Shown: positions 48,723 through 60,852, counted from the first letter of the stretch. The stretch is 64,000 nt of DNA from Brevundimonas sp. (GCF_013912005.1 NZ_JACESB010000006.1:35784-99783), one strand, 5' to 3'. Translations and numbers: made by a program. Notes: a model not told the origin generated them from the letters alone.

Positions 48723-50825
48723 TCAGACCGAGCCGATGGTGCGCAGCCGGGCGCGGGGGTGGACCTCGTTCTGGCTCATCACCACGGTCTGGCCTCGGAA
48801 GCGCTCGATGATCGAGCGGACGTAGGGGCGGATCTGCGGGCCGGTCAGCAGCACCGCCGTCTCGCCGGCCATGGCGGCGCGCTCGAACACGTCGCGGACG
48901 GCGCGGATGAAGTCCTGCAGCTTCGACGGGGCCATGGCCAGCTGGCGCTCCTCGCCCTGGCCGACGAGGCTCTCGGCGAAGGCCTGCTCCCACTCCGGCG
49001 ACAGGGTGACGATCGGCAGGGCGCCGTCCTCGCCCTTGTGCTGCCAGCACAGCTGCCGGGCGAGGCGGGCGCGGACGTGCTCGACGAGGGTGGTGACCGA
49101 GGAGGTGTGCGGCGCGGCCTCGGCGAGGCCCTCGAGGATGGCCGGCAGGTCGCGGATCGAGACCTTCTCGCGCAGCAGGGACTGGAGGACGCGCTGCAGG
49201 GTGGTGACGGTGACCACCGCCGGGATGAGCTCGTCGACCAGCTTCTTCTCTTCCGGCCCCAGCTCCTTCAGCAGCTTCTGCACCTCGGCGTAGGAGAGCA
49301 GGTCGGCCATGTTCTCCTTGAGGATCTCGGTCAGGTGGGTGGTCAGCACCGTCGAGGGATCGACGATGGTGTAGCCGCGGAAGGTGGCCTCCTCGCGCAG
49401 GCTCTCGTCGATCCAGGTGGCGGGCAGGCCGAAGGCGGGCTCGCGGGTGTGCTCGCCGGGCAGCTCGACCTGGCGGCCGGCGGGATCCATGGCCATCAGG
49501 CAGCCGAGACGGACCTCGCCCTGGCCGGCCTCCATCTCCTTGATGCGGATGGCGTAGCCCTGGGTGCCGAGGCGCATGTTGTCGAGAATGCGCACGGACG
49601 GCATGACGAAGCCGTACTCCTGGGCCAGGGAGCGGCGCAGGGCGCGGACCTGGTCGGTCAGGCGGCGGCCCTCGAGGTCGTTGATCAGGGACAGCAGCGA
49701 GTAGCCCAGCTCGATCTTGACCTCGTCGATGGACAGGGCGGTGCCGATCGGCTCCTCGACGTCCTCCTTCGGCCCGGCCACGACGGCCTCGGGATCGACG
49801 GGCTTCGGCTTGAGCCGGGCCCGGCCCAGCCGCCAGGCCATGAAGCCGGCGCCGATGGCGAGGGCGGCGAAGGGCAGCAGCGGCATGCCGGGGATCAGGC
49901 CGATCAGGCCGGCGGCGCCGGAGACCACGCCGAGGCTGACAGGATTGGTGGCGAGCTGGCTGACCAGGGCCTTGTCGGCCGAGCCCTCGACCCCCGCCTT
50001 CGACACCAGGAAGCCGGCGGCGATGGAGACGATCAGGGCCGGCACCTGGGTGACGAGGCCGTCGCCGACCGTGAGCAGGACGTAGGTGTTGGCCGCCTCG
50101 CCGGCCGGCAGGCCGTGCTGCAGCACGCCGATGAGGATGCCGCCGAGGGCGTTGATGAAGGTGATGATCAGGCCGGCGACGGCGTCGCCGCGCACGAACT
50201 TCGAGGCGCCGTCCATGGCCCCGAAGAAGGTCGATTCCTGCTCCAGCTCCTTGCGGCGCAGCTTGGCCGTGTCCTCGTCGATCAGACCCGCCGACAGGTC
50301 GGCGTCGATCGCCATCTGCTTGCCCGGCATGGAGTCGAGGGTGAAGCGGGCGCTGACCTCGGCGATCCGGGTGGAACCCTTGGTGATGACCACGAAATTC
50401 ACCACCAGCAGGATGGCGAAGATGATGATGCCGATGATGAAGCTGCCGCCCATCATCAGGCTGCCGAAGGCCTGGATCACCTGGCCGGCCGAGTCGTGGC
50501 CCTCGTGCCCGTGGCTGAGGATCAGGCGCGTCGAGGCGAGGTTGAGGCCGAGGCGGTAGAGGGTCGCGACCAGCAGCACCGTCGGGAAGATGGCGAAGTC
50601 GAGCGGCCGCTTCATCAGCAGGGCCGTCATCAGGATCAGCACCGAGCCGACGATGGAGATGGCCAGCAGCAGGTCCAGCAGCATGCCGGGCACCGGCACG
50701 ATCAGCAGCATGATGATGCCGATCACGCCGAGCGCCATCAGCACCTCGCCGCGCAGCAGCCAGCCGCGCATGTCGCCGGCGGTGGGACGGGCCATGCCGT
50801 CCTTCATCAGCGGCGCGTCAGTCAT
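48723..50825 (-). CDS. flhA: Flagellar export apparatus protein FlhA
   Basis: FPTVLLVATLYRLGLNLASTR, AEVSARFTLDSMPGKQMAID, FFGAMDGASKFVRGDA. Confidence 0.98.
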   Translation of the reverse strand: MTDAPLMKDGMARPTAGDMRGWLLRGEVLMALGVIGIIMLLIVPVPGMLLDLLLAISIVGSVLILMTALLMKRPLDFAIFPTVLLVATLYRLGLNLASTRLILSHGHEGHDSAGQVIQAFGSLMMGGSFIIGIIIFAILLVVNFVVITKGSTRIAEVSARFTLDSMPGKQMAIDADLSAGLIDEDTAKLRRKELEQESTFFGAMDGASKFVRGDAVAGLIITFINALGGILIGVLQHGLPAGEAANTYVLLTVGDGLVTQVPALIVSIAAGFLVSKAGVEGSADKALVSQLATNPVSLGVVSGAAGLIGLIPGMPLLPFAALAIGAGFMAWRLGRARLKPKPVDPEAVVAGPKEDVEEPIGTALSIDEVKIELGYSLLSLINDLEGRRLTDQVRALRRSLAQEYGFVMPSVRILDNMRLGTQGYAIRIKEMEAGQGEVRLGCLMAMDPAGRQVELPGEHTREPAFGLPATWIDESLREEATFRGYTIVDPSTVLTTHLTEILKENMADLLSYAEVQKLLKELGPEEKKLVDELIPAVVTVTTLQRVLQSLLREKVSIRDLPAILEGLAEAAPHTSSVTTLVEHVRARLARQLCWQHKGEDGALPIVTLSPEWEQAFAESLVGQGEERQLAMAPSKLQDFIRAVRDVFERAAMAGETAVLLTGPQIRPYVRSIIERFRGQTVVMSQNEVHPRARLRTIGSV

Positions 50826-51732
50826 GGCCGAGCGCCTTCAGGGCGAGGCGGACCGCCCCGGCGATCACGGCGTCGTTGGCCGCCGCGGAAGACGACGGCG
50901 TGGCATGATAGTAGGAGGCGATCACCACCGGCTCGCCCGAGGGCGGAAAGACCAGTCCGATGTCGTTGGTCGGGCCGTACCCGCCCGTCCCGGTCTTGTG
51001 CGCCACCGTCCAGCCCGCCGGGACCCCCGCCCGGATCCGGGCGGCTCCGGTGGGCGAGTCGATCATCCAGCGCATCAGGCGCGTGCGGCTGTCGGCGGCG
51101 AGCGGGGTGTCGGCGCTGACGAACAGCCGCCGCATGTTGGCGACGGACTGCGCCGGCAGGATGGTGTCCTTGTCGCCGTCCAGCCGGTTCATCTCGGGTT
51201 CGAGGCGATCGACCGTGGTGCTGTCGTCGCCGATCGACCGGTACCAGTCGCGCCAGGCGTCGAGGCCGCCGTATTCGCGGATGAGGATGTTGGCCGCGGG
51301 GTTGTCGCTGACCTCGACCACCGCCTTGCACAGGGTCTCGATGGACAGGGTGGAGCCGACGGCCGGCTCGGTGACCGGCGCGTGGCTGACCATGTCCGCG
51401 GCGACGACCGGGACCTCGCGCGCGAGGCTCTCCTCGCCGCGCTGGACCCGTTCGAGGGTGGCGGCGGCGAGGTACATCTTGAAGGTCGAGCAGTAGACGA
51501 ACCGCTCCTGCGCCCGCCAGCCGACGCTGCGGCCGGAGGCGACGTCGAGGGCGGCGAAGCCGAGGCGGCCGCCGTTGCGCGCCTCGAGCGGGGCGAGGTC
51601 GATGGGCGCCATGGCGGCGGCCGGGCGCGCCGGCTGTTCCGCCGGCCCCGTCGCGGACTGTCGCGAACAGGCGGGGGCGACGAGGGCGGCGAGGCCGGTC
51701 AGGACGCTTCTGCGGTCCGTCGGGAGCGACAT
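50818..51732 (-). CDS. bla: Class A serine beta-lactamase, Tat lipoprotein-type signal
   Basis: CSTFK (SxxK), SDN, RLEPEMN (E166/N170) and HKTG. N-terminus has RRSVL and the lipobox VAPAC. Confidence 0.92.
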   Translation of the reverse strand: MSLPTDRRSVLTGLAALVAPACSRQSATGPAEQPARPAAAMAPIDLAPLEARNGGRLGFAALDVASGRSVGWRAQERFVYCSTFKMYLAAATLERVQRGEESLAREVPVVAADMVSHAPVTEPAVGSTLSIETLCKAVVEVSDNPAANILIREYGGLDAWRDWYRSIGDDSTTVDRLEPEMNRLDGDKDTILPAQSVANMRRLFVSADTPLAADSRTRLMRWMIDSPTGAARIRAGVPAGWTVAHKTGTGGYGPTNDIGLVFPPSGEPVVIASYYHATPSSSAAANDAVIAGAVRLALKALGHD

Positions 51733-51733
51733 G

Positions 51734-53125
<1,392 letters not shown>

Positions 53126-53163
53126 CGGTCTTCTCCCCTAATCTCTCACAGCCGGTCGCCGCT

Positions 53164-53496
53164 TCAGGCGCCCGAGTCCTCGGTCTTGATGATTTCCGTC
53201 ATGGTCACGCCCAGCCGGTCCTCGACGACCACGACCTCGCCGCGGGCGACGAGACGGTTGTTGACGAAGATGTCGATGGCCTCGCCGACCTTGCGGTCCA
53301 GCTCCAGCACCGAGCCGCGGTTCAGCTTGAGCAGCTGGGCCACGGACATGTGCGCCTTGCCGAGAACGGCCGAGATGTTGACCGGGACGTCGAACACCGG
53401 CGCGAGGTCGTGCGCCGTCTTCTCGCCGTGCTCCTCGTGCGGGGCCAGGGCGGTGGACTCGGGGAATTCCTCGAGCGCGATGGTGTCGGACGCCAT
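53164..53496 (-). CDS. fliN: Flagellar motor switch protein FliN
   Basis: VFDVPVNISAVLG, LELDRKVGE and GEVVVV. Confidence 0.95.
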   Translation of the reverse strand: MASDTIALEEFPESTALAPHEEHGEKTAHDLAPVFDVPVNISAVLGKAHMSVAQLLKLNRGSVLELDRKVGEAIDIFVNNRLVARGEVVVVEDRLGVTMTEIIKTEDSGA

Positions 53497-54137
53497 TACG
53501 GCCTCCCTTCGGTGAGGGTTTCAGCGTGCCCCGCCTCGGCGGCGAGGGCGGAATGCAGGGCTTCCGCCATGCGGCTCATGGCGGCGTCCGCGTCGAACTC
53601 GGCGCGGCCGTCGGCCCATTCGAGCCGGAAGGCGGCCGGGGCCAGGCCGGGCTCGTCGCGGAAGGCGACCAGGCCGGTGAAGCCGGCGTCGGCGCAGAGG
53701 GACTCGATCCGGCGGCGGGTCTCCTCGTCGAGGTCCGCGGCGCGGATGACCAGCCGCGGCGAGGCGTCGATCTCGTGGCCCAGCGCCTCCAGCGCCGCCT
53801 GCAGCGGACCGGCCGGGAAGCGGTCGAGGGCGGCGGCGGCGACGACCCGCGCCGCGGCGAGCGCCAGATCGGCGGACTGCTCGCGGTGGGTGCGGGCGAT
53901 CTGGGCCAGGGCCGGGGCGGCGTGGTCGATCGACCGGGCGATGACGGAGAGGGCCTGGGCCTGGAGGCTGGCGGTCTCGGCGAGGGCGGCCTCGCGGGCC
54001 TCCAGCCGCGCCTGCGCCACCAGCGCCTCGACCTCGGCCGGGGCGAAGGCGCGCTTCGGCGGCTGCCAGGCGGACGGCTGGACCACCGCGCCGTCGGCGT
54101 CGAACTCGGTGTCGAAGATGAAGGGGCGCGCGGTCAT
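53496..54137 (-). CDS. fliH: Flagellar assembly protein FliH (FlbE)
   Basis: PFIFDTEFD at the N-terminus, EWADG at the C-terminus; lies between fliG and fliN. Confidence 0.88.
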   Translation of the reverse strand: MTARPFIFDTEFDADGAVVQPSAWQPPKRAFAPAEVEALVAQARLEAREAALAETASLQAQALSVIARSIDHAAPALAQIARTHREQSADLALAAARVVAAAALDRFPAGPLQAALEALGHEIDASPRLVIRAADLDEETRRRIESLCADAGFTGLVAFRDEPGLAPAAFRLEWADGRAEFDADAAMSRMAEALHSALAAEAGHAETLTEGRP

Positions 54138-54138
54138 G

Positions 54139-55176
54139 TCAGTAGATCAGCTCGTCGTCGCCGCTCTGGCCGACCAGCATGATCTCGCCCTTGGCGGCGA
54201 GGTCCTTGGCGACCTGGACCATGGCCATCTGCGCCTGGTCGACGTCCTTGAGGCGCACCGGCCCCATGCCCTCCATGTCCTCGCGCATGATCTTGGCGGC
54301 GCGCTCCGACATGTTGGAGAAGAACAGCTCGCGCAGCGCCTCGGAGGCGCCCTTGAGGGCGAGGGCCAGCTGGTCCTTCTCGACGGCCCGGAGCAGGGTC
54401 TGGATGCCGCCGGGGTCGAGCTTGCTGAGGTCCTCGAACACGAACATCAGGGCGCGGATGCGCTCGGCGGCCTCGCGGTTGCGCTCCTCGAGCGCGCCGA
54501 TGAAGCGGGCCTCGGTCTGGCGGTCGAAGCTGTTGAAGATGTCGGCCATCAGCTCGTGGCTGTCGCGCTTGGAGGTGCGGGCCAGGTTGGACATGAACTC
54601 GGTGCGCAGGGTCTGCTCGATCTTGTCGAGGATGTCGCGCTGCACCGGCTCCATGCGCAGCATGCGCTGGACGCATTCGAGGGCGAAGTCCTCCGGCAGG
54701 GCGGTCAGCACCCGGGCGGCGTGGTCCGGCTTGATCTTGGACAGCACCACCGCGACCGTCTGCGGGTATTCGTTCTTCAGATAGTTGGCGAGCACGGCCT
54801 CGTTCACGTTGCCGAGCTTGTCCCACATGGTGCGGCCGGCGGGACCGCGGATCTCCTCCATCAGGGCGTCGACGCGGTCGGGCGGCATGAAGGCCGCGAG
54901 CAGGCGCTGGGTCTGCTCGTAGCTGCCCATGACCGCGCCCGAGCCGCTCATGCCCGAGACGAACTCGACCATCAGCTCCTCGACCACGTTGGCCGAGACG
55001 GTGCCGAGCGAGGCCATGGCCTGCGAGATTTCCTTGATCTCGTCCTCGTCGAGACCCTGCCACAGGCGGGTGTGGTCCTCGCCGAGCGACAGCAGGATGA
55101 CGGCGGCCTTCTCCGGCCCCGTCAGCTTCCTGACGTCGTCGATGGTCGGCTTCTTGCTCACGAGGCGGGCCGTCAT
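54139..55176 (-). CDS. fliG: Flagellar motor switch protein FliG
   Basis: [32 protein letters not shown] and MSERAA. Confidence 0.97.
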   Translation of the reverse strand: MTARLVSKKPTIDDVRKLTGPEKAAVILLSLGEDHTRLWQGLDEDEIKEISQAMASLGTVSANVVEELMVEFVSGMSGSGAVMGSYEQTQRLLAAFMPPDRVDALMEEIRGPAGRTMWDKLGNVNEAVLANYLKNEYPQTVAVVLSKIKPDHAARVLTALPEDFALECVQRMLRMEPVQRDILDKIEQTLRTEFMSNLARTSKRDSHELMADIFNSFDRQTEARFIGALEERNREAAERIRALMFVFEDLSKLDPGGIQTLLRAVEKDQLALALKGASEALRELFFSNMSERAAKIMREDMEGMGPVRLKDVDQAQMAMVQVAKDLAAKGEIMLVGQSGDDELIY

Positions 55177-56810
55177 CCGCCTTCATGCACCCAGTTGCGG
55201 AGGATCGAGGTCGATTCCTCCGGGTGCCGCTCGACGAAGTCGGCGACCTTCTTGACCGAGGAGGCCTTCACCTGGCCCTCGATGCGGGCGATGTCGAGCC
55301 GCTGCTCCATCTCCGAGGGGCCGGTCAGCTGGGCCGGCGCGCCGCCGGCGCCGCCGACGATGGTGGTCTGCAGCGAGGTGACGGCGGGGCCGCCGGGGGC
55401 GGCCAGTTGGGGCGCGGCGCCGCCGCCGGCGGCGGTCTTCAGCAGCGGACGCAGCACGAAGAAGATCAGCAGCACGCCAGTGACCAGCAGGACCAGCAGC
55501 TCGACCCCGCGCATCAGGTCGTTCTTGGTGAAGTTGAACAGCGAGGAACCCGCCTCGACGCCGCCGTCCGGCAGGGCGTCGCGGCTGAAGCGGACGTTCT
55601 GGACCTCGATCCGGTCGCCGCGCTCCTCGTCGATGCCGACCGCGGCCGCCACGAGGGCGCGGATCTGGGCGATCTCCTCCTCCGAGCGCGGGGCCCAGGT
55701 CGGCTCGCCCTCGCCGTTGGCCGGCGGGGTCCAGCGGCCGTCGACGGCCACCGAGACGGCCAGCTTCTTGATCTCGCCGGCTTCCTTCACCGTGGTCGTG
55801 GTGGTGTTGGAGATCTCGTAGTTGGTGGTCTCGGTCGACTGGGTGTCGCGCGAGCCGATCGGGGTGGCGTTGGGGGCCTCGCCGCCGGGGATGTTGTTGG
55901 CCGCGGTGGCGCCGCCGTCGGCCGCGCCGGTGGTGTCCTGGCTCTCGGAGCCGTTGGTCGACATCGAGCGCACCACCTGGCCGTCGGGGTCGAAGCGCTG
56001 CTCCTGGGTGGTGGAGCGGCTGTGGTCGATCTCGGCCGTGACCTGGACGCGGGCGGCGCCGACGCCGACCACGCCCTCGACGATGTCCTTGATGCGGGCC
56101 TGCAGCTGGGCCTCGGTCTGGCCGCGGGCCTCCTCGGCCGAGGCGGCGGAGAAGCCGGCGTCGTCCGAGCCCGCCGCGAGGGTGCGGTTGGAGGTGTCGG
56201 TGAGGGTGACCCGCTCCGGCTTCAGGTTCGGCACCGAGGAGGCGACGACGTTGCGGATCGCCTGCACCTGGGCGCCGCTGAGCTGACCGCCGGCGACGCC
56301 GACGACGACGGCGGCGGTGGGCTCGGCAGCCTGGGCCTGGAACAGCTGGCGCTCGGGCAGGGCGATCATCACCCGGGCGGAGGAGATGCCGCGCATGGCC
56401 AGGATGGTGCGGGCCAGCTCGCCCTCCAGCGCCCGCTTGGCGTTGAGGTTCTGCTGGAACTCGGTCTGGCCGAGCACCGACTGGTTGTCGAAGATCTCGT
56501 AGCCGACCGAGCCGGAGGTCACGAGCCCCTTGCCGGCGACCAGCATGCGGGCCTCTCCCACCTCGTCGCGGCTGACGAAGATGGTCGAGCCGTCGCCCTT
56601 CGAGCTGTACTTGATGCCGGCGGAGTCGAGGGCGGCGGTGACCTCGGAGGCCTCGCGCAGGTCGAGGTTGGAGTACAGGAGGGCGTCAGGGGCCTGGCCG
56701 ATGCGCAGCATCAGGGCCACCAGCACCGCCGCGACGCCGGCGGCGACGCCGAGCACCACGGTCAGACGACCGATCCCGAATCTCTGCAACGCCGCCGTGA
56801 AGCCGCCCAC
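55173..56810 (-). CDS. fliF: Flagellar M-ring protein FliF
   Basis: [23 protein letters not shown] and NYEIS. GTG start at 56810 chosen; the ORF track gives 56846. Confidence 0.96.
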   Translation of the reverse strand: MGGFTAALQRFGIGRLTVVLGVAAGVAAVLVALMLRIGQAPDALLYSNLDLREASEVTAALDSAGIKYSSKGDGSTIFVSRDEVGEARMLVAGKGLVTSGSVGYEIFDNQSVLGQTEFQQNLNAKRALEGELARTILAMRGISSARVMIALPERQLFQAQAAEPTAAVVVGVAGGQLSGAQVQAIRNVVASSVPNLKPERVTLTDTSNRTLAAGSDDAGFSAASAEEARGQTEAQLQARIKDIVEGVVGVGAARVQVTAEIDHSRSTTQEQRFDPDGQVVRSMSTNGSESQDTTGAADGGATAANNIPGGEAPNATPIGSRDTQSTETTNYEISNTTTTTVKEAGEIKKLAVSVAVDGRWTPPANGEGEPTWAPRSEEEIAQIRALVAAAVGIDEERGDRIEVQNVRFSRDALPDGGVEAGSSLFNFTKNDLMRGVELLVLLVTGVLLIFFVLRPLLKTAAGGGAAPQLAAPGGPAVTSLQTTIVGGAGGAPAQLTGPSEMEQRLDIARIEGQVKASSVKKVADFVERHPEESTSILRNWVHEGG

Positions 56811-56876
56811 GCGTCCCCGCCCCGATACACGCGGGTACTCGATCAAGGCCCGCTAGGCAGAAACTGCCGCCTCTGT

Positions 56877-56893
56877 GGTAAACGCGGCGTTAA
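56877..56893 (-). promoter_or_regulatory. CtrA binding site of the class II fliF promoter
   Basis: TTAA-CGCCGCG-TTTA(CC) on the - strand (TTAA-N7-TTAA consensus). Confidence 0.8.
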
Positions 56894-56909
56894 GTCGTGA
56901 CCGCGGAGC

Positions 56910-57290
56910 GTGTGCTTGAACCCCTACCTGACGCCGGTGGCCCTGCTGGTCGCCTCCAACGTGTTCATGACCTTCGCCTGGTACGGGCACCTGAAGTTCG
57001 GCTCCAAGCCGCTGTGGATCGTCGTGCTGGTCAGCTGGGGCATCGCCCTGGTCGAGTACTGCCTCGCGGTGCCGGCGAACCGGTGGGGGCATCAGGTCTA
57101 TTCGGCGGCCGAGCTGAAGACGATGCAGGAGGTGATCACCCTGCTGGTCTTCGCGGTGTTCTCGGTCACCGTGCTGCGGGAGAAGCTGACCCTGAACCAC
57201 GCCGTTGGCTTCGCCCTGATCATGGCGGGGGCGTGGGTGGTGTTCCGGGGGCCGTTCGGGGCGGTCAGCGCCGGCGGCGGGCCTGCATGA
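56910..57290 (+). CDS. DMT-family (DUF486) membrane protein
   Basis: SNVFMTFAWYGHLK, SWGIALVEY and LKTMQEVITL. Confidence 0.88.
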   Translation: MCLNPYLTPVALLVASNVFMTFAWYGHLKFGSKPLWIVVLVSWGIALVEYCLAVPANRWGHQVYSAAELKTMQEVITLLVFAVFSVTVLREKLTLNHAVGFALIMAGAWVVFRGPFGAVSAGGGPA

Positions 57291-58341
57291 CGAAGCCGAT
57301 GACCCGCGCGGCGGCCTCGAAATGCTCGCGCGGGATGGTCTCGTCGACGTCGACCGCGGCGTAGAGGGCGCGGGCCAGGGGGACGTTCTCGACCACCGGC
57401 ACCTCGTGTTCGCGGGCGACCTCGCGGATGCGCAGGGCGAGGGCGTCGACGCCCTTGGCGACGCAGACGGGGGCGGCGTCGCCCTGGTCGGGCTCGTAGC
57501 GCAGGGCGACGGAATAGTGGGTCGGGTTGGTGACCACGACCGTCGCCTTGGGGACGTTCTGCATCATCCGCTGGCGGCTGCGCTGGGCCCGGATCTGCTT
57601 GAGGCGCGCCTTGACGTGGGGATCGCCCTCGGACTGCTTGTAGTCCTCCTTGACCTCCTCCTTGGTCATCTTCATGCGCTCGGCGAAGCGGTAGCGCTGC
57701 CACAGGTAGTCGGCGCCGGCGGTGAAGGCGAGGAAGACGAGGGCGGCGCCCAGCAGGGCCACGGCGAGGTCCCGGGCCAGCGGCAGGATGGCCGCCGGGT
57801 GCATGGCGGCGAGGTTCTCGAGCTCGCGCACGTGCGGGCGCAGGACCAGCCAGCAGATCACCCCGACCGCGAGCAGCTTCAGAAAGGTCTTCACGAACTG
57901 CACCAGGCCGTCGGGGCCGAAGATGCGCTTGAAGCCGGCCAGGGGGTTCACCCGCGACCACTCGGGCTTGAGCTTCTCGCCGGTGAAGATCAGGCCGGAC
58001 TGGGCCAGGTTGCCGCCGGCCCCGCCGAGGATGGTGGCCAGCATCAGCGCCCCGAGGAAGGGAGCCGCCGCCCACAGGGCGCGTCCGCCGATCTCGACCC
58101 CGGCCCCCGCGTCGAGGCCGCCCATCAGGGTGTGCGGCGCGGCGATGAAGGGCAGCAGCTGCTCGGCCATGGAGGTGGCGAAGACGCCGCCGGCCATCAG
58201 GATCACCGCCGCCGCCCCGAGCAGGCTGAGCGCGGAGGCGACGTCCGGCGACTTGGCGACGTCGCCCTTCTTGCGCGCCTCCGCGAGTTTTCGCGGGGTT
58301 GCCTCTTCTGTCTTCGACTCGGGATCGGCGCCTTCAGCCAC
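57265..58341 (-). CDS. flhB: Flagellar export protein FlhB
   Basis: KTEEATPRKL, SEGDPHVK, NPTH autocleavage motif and VENVPLARAL. Confidence 0.98.
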   Translation of the reverse strand: MAEGADPESKTEEATPRKLAEARKKGDVAKSPDVASALSLLGAAAVILMAGGVFATSMAEQLLPFIAAPHTLMGGLDAGAGVEIGGRALWAAAPFLGALMLATILGGAGGNLAQSGLIFTGEKLKPEWSRVNPLAGFKRIFGPDGLVQFVKTFLKLLAVGVICWLVLRPHVRELENLAAMHPAAILPLARDLAVALLGAALVFLAFTAGADYLWQRYRFAERMKMTKEEVKEDYKQSEGDPHVKARLKQIRAQRSRQRMMQNVPKATVVVTNPTHYSVALRYEPDQGDAAPVCVAKGVDALALRIREVAREHEVPVVENVPLARALYAAVDVDETIPREHFEAAARVIGFVMQARRRR

Positions 58342-59104
58342 CGGCCCCTCCCACGAAGACGTCGGCCACGGCGCGGTAGCGGTCGATGAACACCGTGCCC
58401 AGCACGCCGAGGCCGAGGGCGAAGATCGACAGGCCGAGGATGATGCTGAGCGGCGCGGCGGCGAAGAAGACCTGGAACTGCGGCATCACCCGCCCGACCA
58501 GGCCGGCGGCGAGGTTGAAGATCAGACCGAAGACCAGCACCGGCGCCGCGAGCTGGACGCCGAGCAGGAAGGCGTCGTTGACGGTGCGGACGGCGAGCGA
58601 AACGAAGTCGCCGGTGATCAGCGGCCGGGCCGGGGCGATCAGGTCGTAGGAGCCGACGAGGCCGGCGACGAACAGGTGATGGGTGTTGGTGGCGAACACC
58701 AGGGTCGTGCCCAGCAGCATCAGGAAGGCCGAGATGGTCGTGCCGGGCTGGGCCTGCAGCGGATTGGCGGTCTGGGCGAAGCTGAGGGCGGTCTGCAGCG
58801 ACACCACCTCTCCGGCGGTCGACAGGGCGGTGGTGAAGGCGCGCAGGATGGCGCCGATGCCGAGGCCGACCAGCACCTCCCGGATGATCCAGCCGACCAT
58901 GCCCCCGAGCGAGGCCGGCAGGGCCGGGAGGGCGCCGGCGACCACCGGCCAGAGGGCGAGGCTGATGACCAGGGCCAGCGACAGGCGGATGCGCGGCGGG
59001 ACGTAGCTCTCGCCGATGCCGGGCAGCATCAGCAGCACGGCGCCGATGCGGGCGAAGATCAGCGCGCCCTGCCAGACCTGGTCGGCTGTCGCATAGGGCT
59101 CCAC
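58334..59104 (-). CDS. fliR: Flagellar export protein FliR
   Basis: FARIGAVLLMLPG, GLVGRVMPQFQVFF; multi-TM protein between fliQ and flhB. Confidence 0.95.
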   Translation of the reverse strand: MEPYATADQVWQGALIFARIGAVLLMLPGIGESYVPPRIRLSLALVISLALWPVVAGALPALPASLGGMVGWIIREVLVGLGIGAILRAFTTALSTAGEVVSLQTALSFAQTANPLQAQPGTTISAFLMLLGTTLVFATNTHHLFVAGLVGSYDLIAPARPLITGDFVSLAVRTVNDAFLLGVQLAAPVLVFGLIFNLAAGLVGRVMPQFQVFFAAAPLSIILGLSIFALGLGVLGTVFIDRYRAVADVFVGGAGG

Positions 59105-59108
59105 CGGC

Positions 59109-59372
59109 TCACATGCCGGCGATGCGGGCGGCGATGGACTGCATGAAGCCGCCCAGCAGGGCGCCCATCAGCGGCAGGAACAGCAGCAGGGAGACGAAGA
59201 TGGCGATGATCTTCGGGGCGAAGATCAGGGTCTGCTCCTGGATCTGGGTCAGCGCCTGGAACAGGCCGATGACCACCCCGACGACCAGGCCGACCAGCAG
59301 CACGGGCAGGCACAGCTGGATGGTCAGCCACAGGGCGTCGCGCCCCACGTCCAGAACTTCCGCGCCGTTCAT
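59109..59372 (-). CDS. fliQ: Flagellar export protein FliQ
   Basis: GLFQALTQIQEQTLIFAPKI. Confidence 0.96.
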   Translation of the reverse strand: MNGAEVLDVGRDALWLTIQLCLPVLLVGLVVGVVIGLFQALTQIQEQTLIFAPKIIAIFVSLLLFLPLMGALLGGFMQSIAARIAGM

Positions 59373-59420
59373 CGAAACTCGCACTCCCGGGATGACCGGG
59401 CAGAAAATGCCGGGGGCGTG

Positions 59421-59436
59421 GTTAACGGGGCGTTAG
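59421..59436 (-). promoter_or_regulatory. CtrA binding site of the fliQ promoter
   Basis: CTAA-CGCCCCG-TTAAC on the - strand, about 50 nt upstream of fliQ. Confidence 0.8.
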
Positions 59437-59510
59437 GAACGGCGGCCCCGCTGCCCCTTTACCCGGGCCGGTCGATGCGGGACGCTGGCCCGACCCCCGC
59501 GGAGCCTCCA

Positions 59511-60806
59511 ATGCGCCTGATCCTCGCCGCCGTCCTGTCCCTCTGCCTCGCGGGGCCGGTCCTCGCCGGGCCCACCGATGCGGAGCGCACGATGATGCAG
59601 ACGGTGGAGGCCGAGCACGAGCGGCACGTCGGGCTGCTGGAGCGGCTGGTGAACCGGAACAGCGGCACCCTCAATCTCGAGGGCGTGCGGGCGGTCGGGG
59701 ACATGGTCCGCGCCGAGCTGGAGCCGCTCGGCTTCGAGGTGCGGTGGGTCGACATGGGGGAGACCGGACGCGCCGGGCACCTGGTCGCCTCGCATCCGGG
59801 ACCGGGCCGCAACGTGCTGCTGATCGGCCACCTCGACACGGTGTTCGAGCCGGACAGCCCGTTCCAGACCTTCGTCCGTGACGGCGCGCGCGCTGTCGGA
59901 CCCGGCATCGGCGACGACAAGGGCGGCGTGGTGGTGATCATCGCGGCCCTGCGGGCGATGCAGGCGGCGGGGACCCTCGGCGACGCCAACGTCACCGTCG
60001 TCCTGACCGGCGACGAGGAACGGCCGGGATCGCCGCTGGCGATCGCCCGGCGCGACCTGATCGAGGCGGGGCGCGCGGCGGACTTTGCGCTGGAGTTCGA
60101 GAACCTGGCGGTGGAGGACGGCCAGGACTTCGGCACCGTGGCCCGGCGCAGCTCGTCCAGCTGGACGCTGACGACCAGCGGCCGCACCGGCCACTCCAGC
60201 GGGGTGTTCAACGACGCGCTCGGCTACGGCGCGATCTACGAGATGGCGCGCATCCTCGACGCCTTCCGGCGCGAGCTGCCGGAGCCGAACCTGACCTACA
60301 ACGTCGGGGTGATGGCCGGCGGAACGCCGGCGGCGATCGACGGGGCCGGCTTCCGCGTCACGGCCTCGGGCAAGACCAATATCGTCGCGGAGACCGCGGT
60401 CGCCCGGGGCGACCTGCGCACCCTGACGCCCGAGCAGGACGCGCGGGTGCGCGCCCGGATGGCCGCGATCGTCGCCGAGCATCTGCCCCGCACGGACGCC
60501 GAACTGGTGTTTGCCGAGGACGGCTATCCCCCGATGGCCCCGAGCGAAGGAAGCCGCGCCCTGCTGGCGCGGCTGAACGCCGTGAACCGCGACCTCGGCC
60601 TGCCGGAAATGGCCGAGTACGATCCGGCCCGCCGGGGCGCGGCGGACAGCGGCTTCGTGGCGGCGGACGTGGCGACCCTGGCCGGCCTCGGCGTCGCCGG
60701 CGGCGGGGCCCACGCCGAGGGGGAATGGGTCGACCTCGACAGCCTGATCCGCCAGTCGCAGCGCGCGGCGGTGCTGATCAGCCGGCTCAGCCTCGGAACG
60801 GAGTGA
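59511..60806 (+). CDS. Secreted M20 family metallopeptidase (glutamate carboxypeptidase-like)
   Basis: Signal peptide, IGHLDTV, GDDKGG, GDEE, FE and HAEGE. Confidence 0.9.
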   Translation: MRLILAAVLSLCLAGPVLAGPTDAERTMMQTVEAEHERHVGLLERLVNRNSGTLNLEGVRAVGDMVRAELEPLGFEVRWVDMGETGRAGHLVASHPGPGRNVLLIGHLDTVFEPDSPFQTFVRDGARAVGPGIGDDKGGVVVIIAALRAMQAAGTLGDANVTVVLTGDEERPGSPLAIARRDLIEAGRAADFALEFENLAVEDGQDFGTVARRSSSSWTLTTSGRTGHSSGVFNDALGYGAIYEMARILDAFRRELPEPNLTYNVGVMAGGTPAAIDGAGFRVTASGKTNIVAETAVARGDLRTLTPEQDARVRARMAAIVAEHLPRTDAELVFAEDGYPPMAPSEGSRALLARLNAVNRDLGLPEMAEYDPARRGAADSGFVAADVATLAGLGVAGGGAHAEGEWVDLDSLIRQSQRAAVLISRLSLGTE

Positions 60807-60852
60807 GGCGCCGGGGCTGGAACTTCCGCGTCCGACGCGGTCTAAGGCGGGC

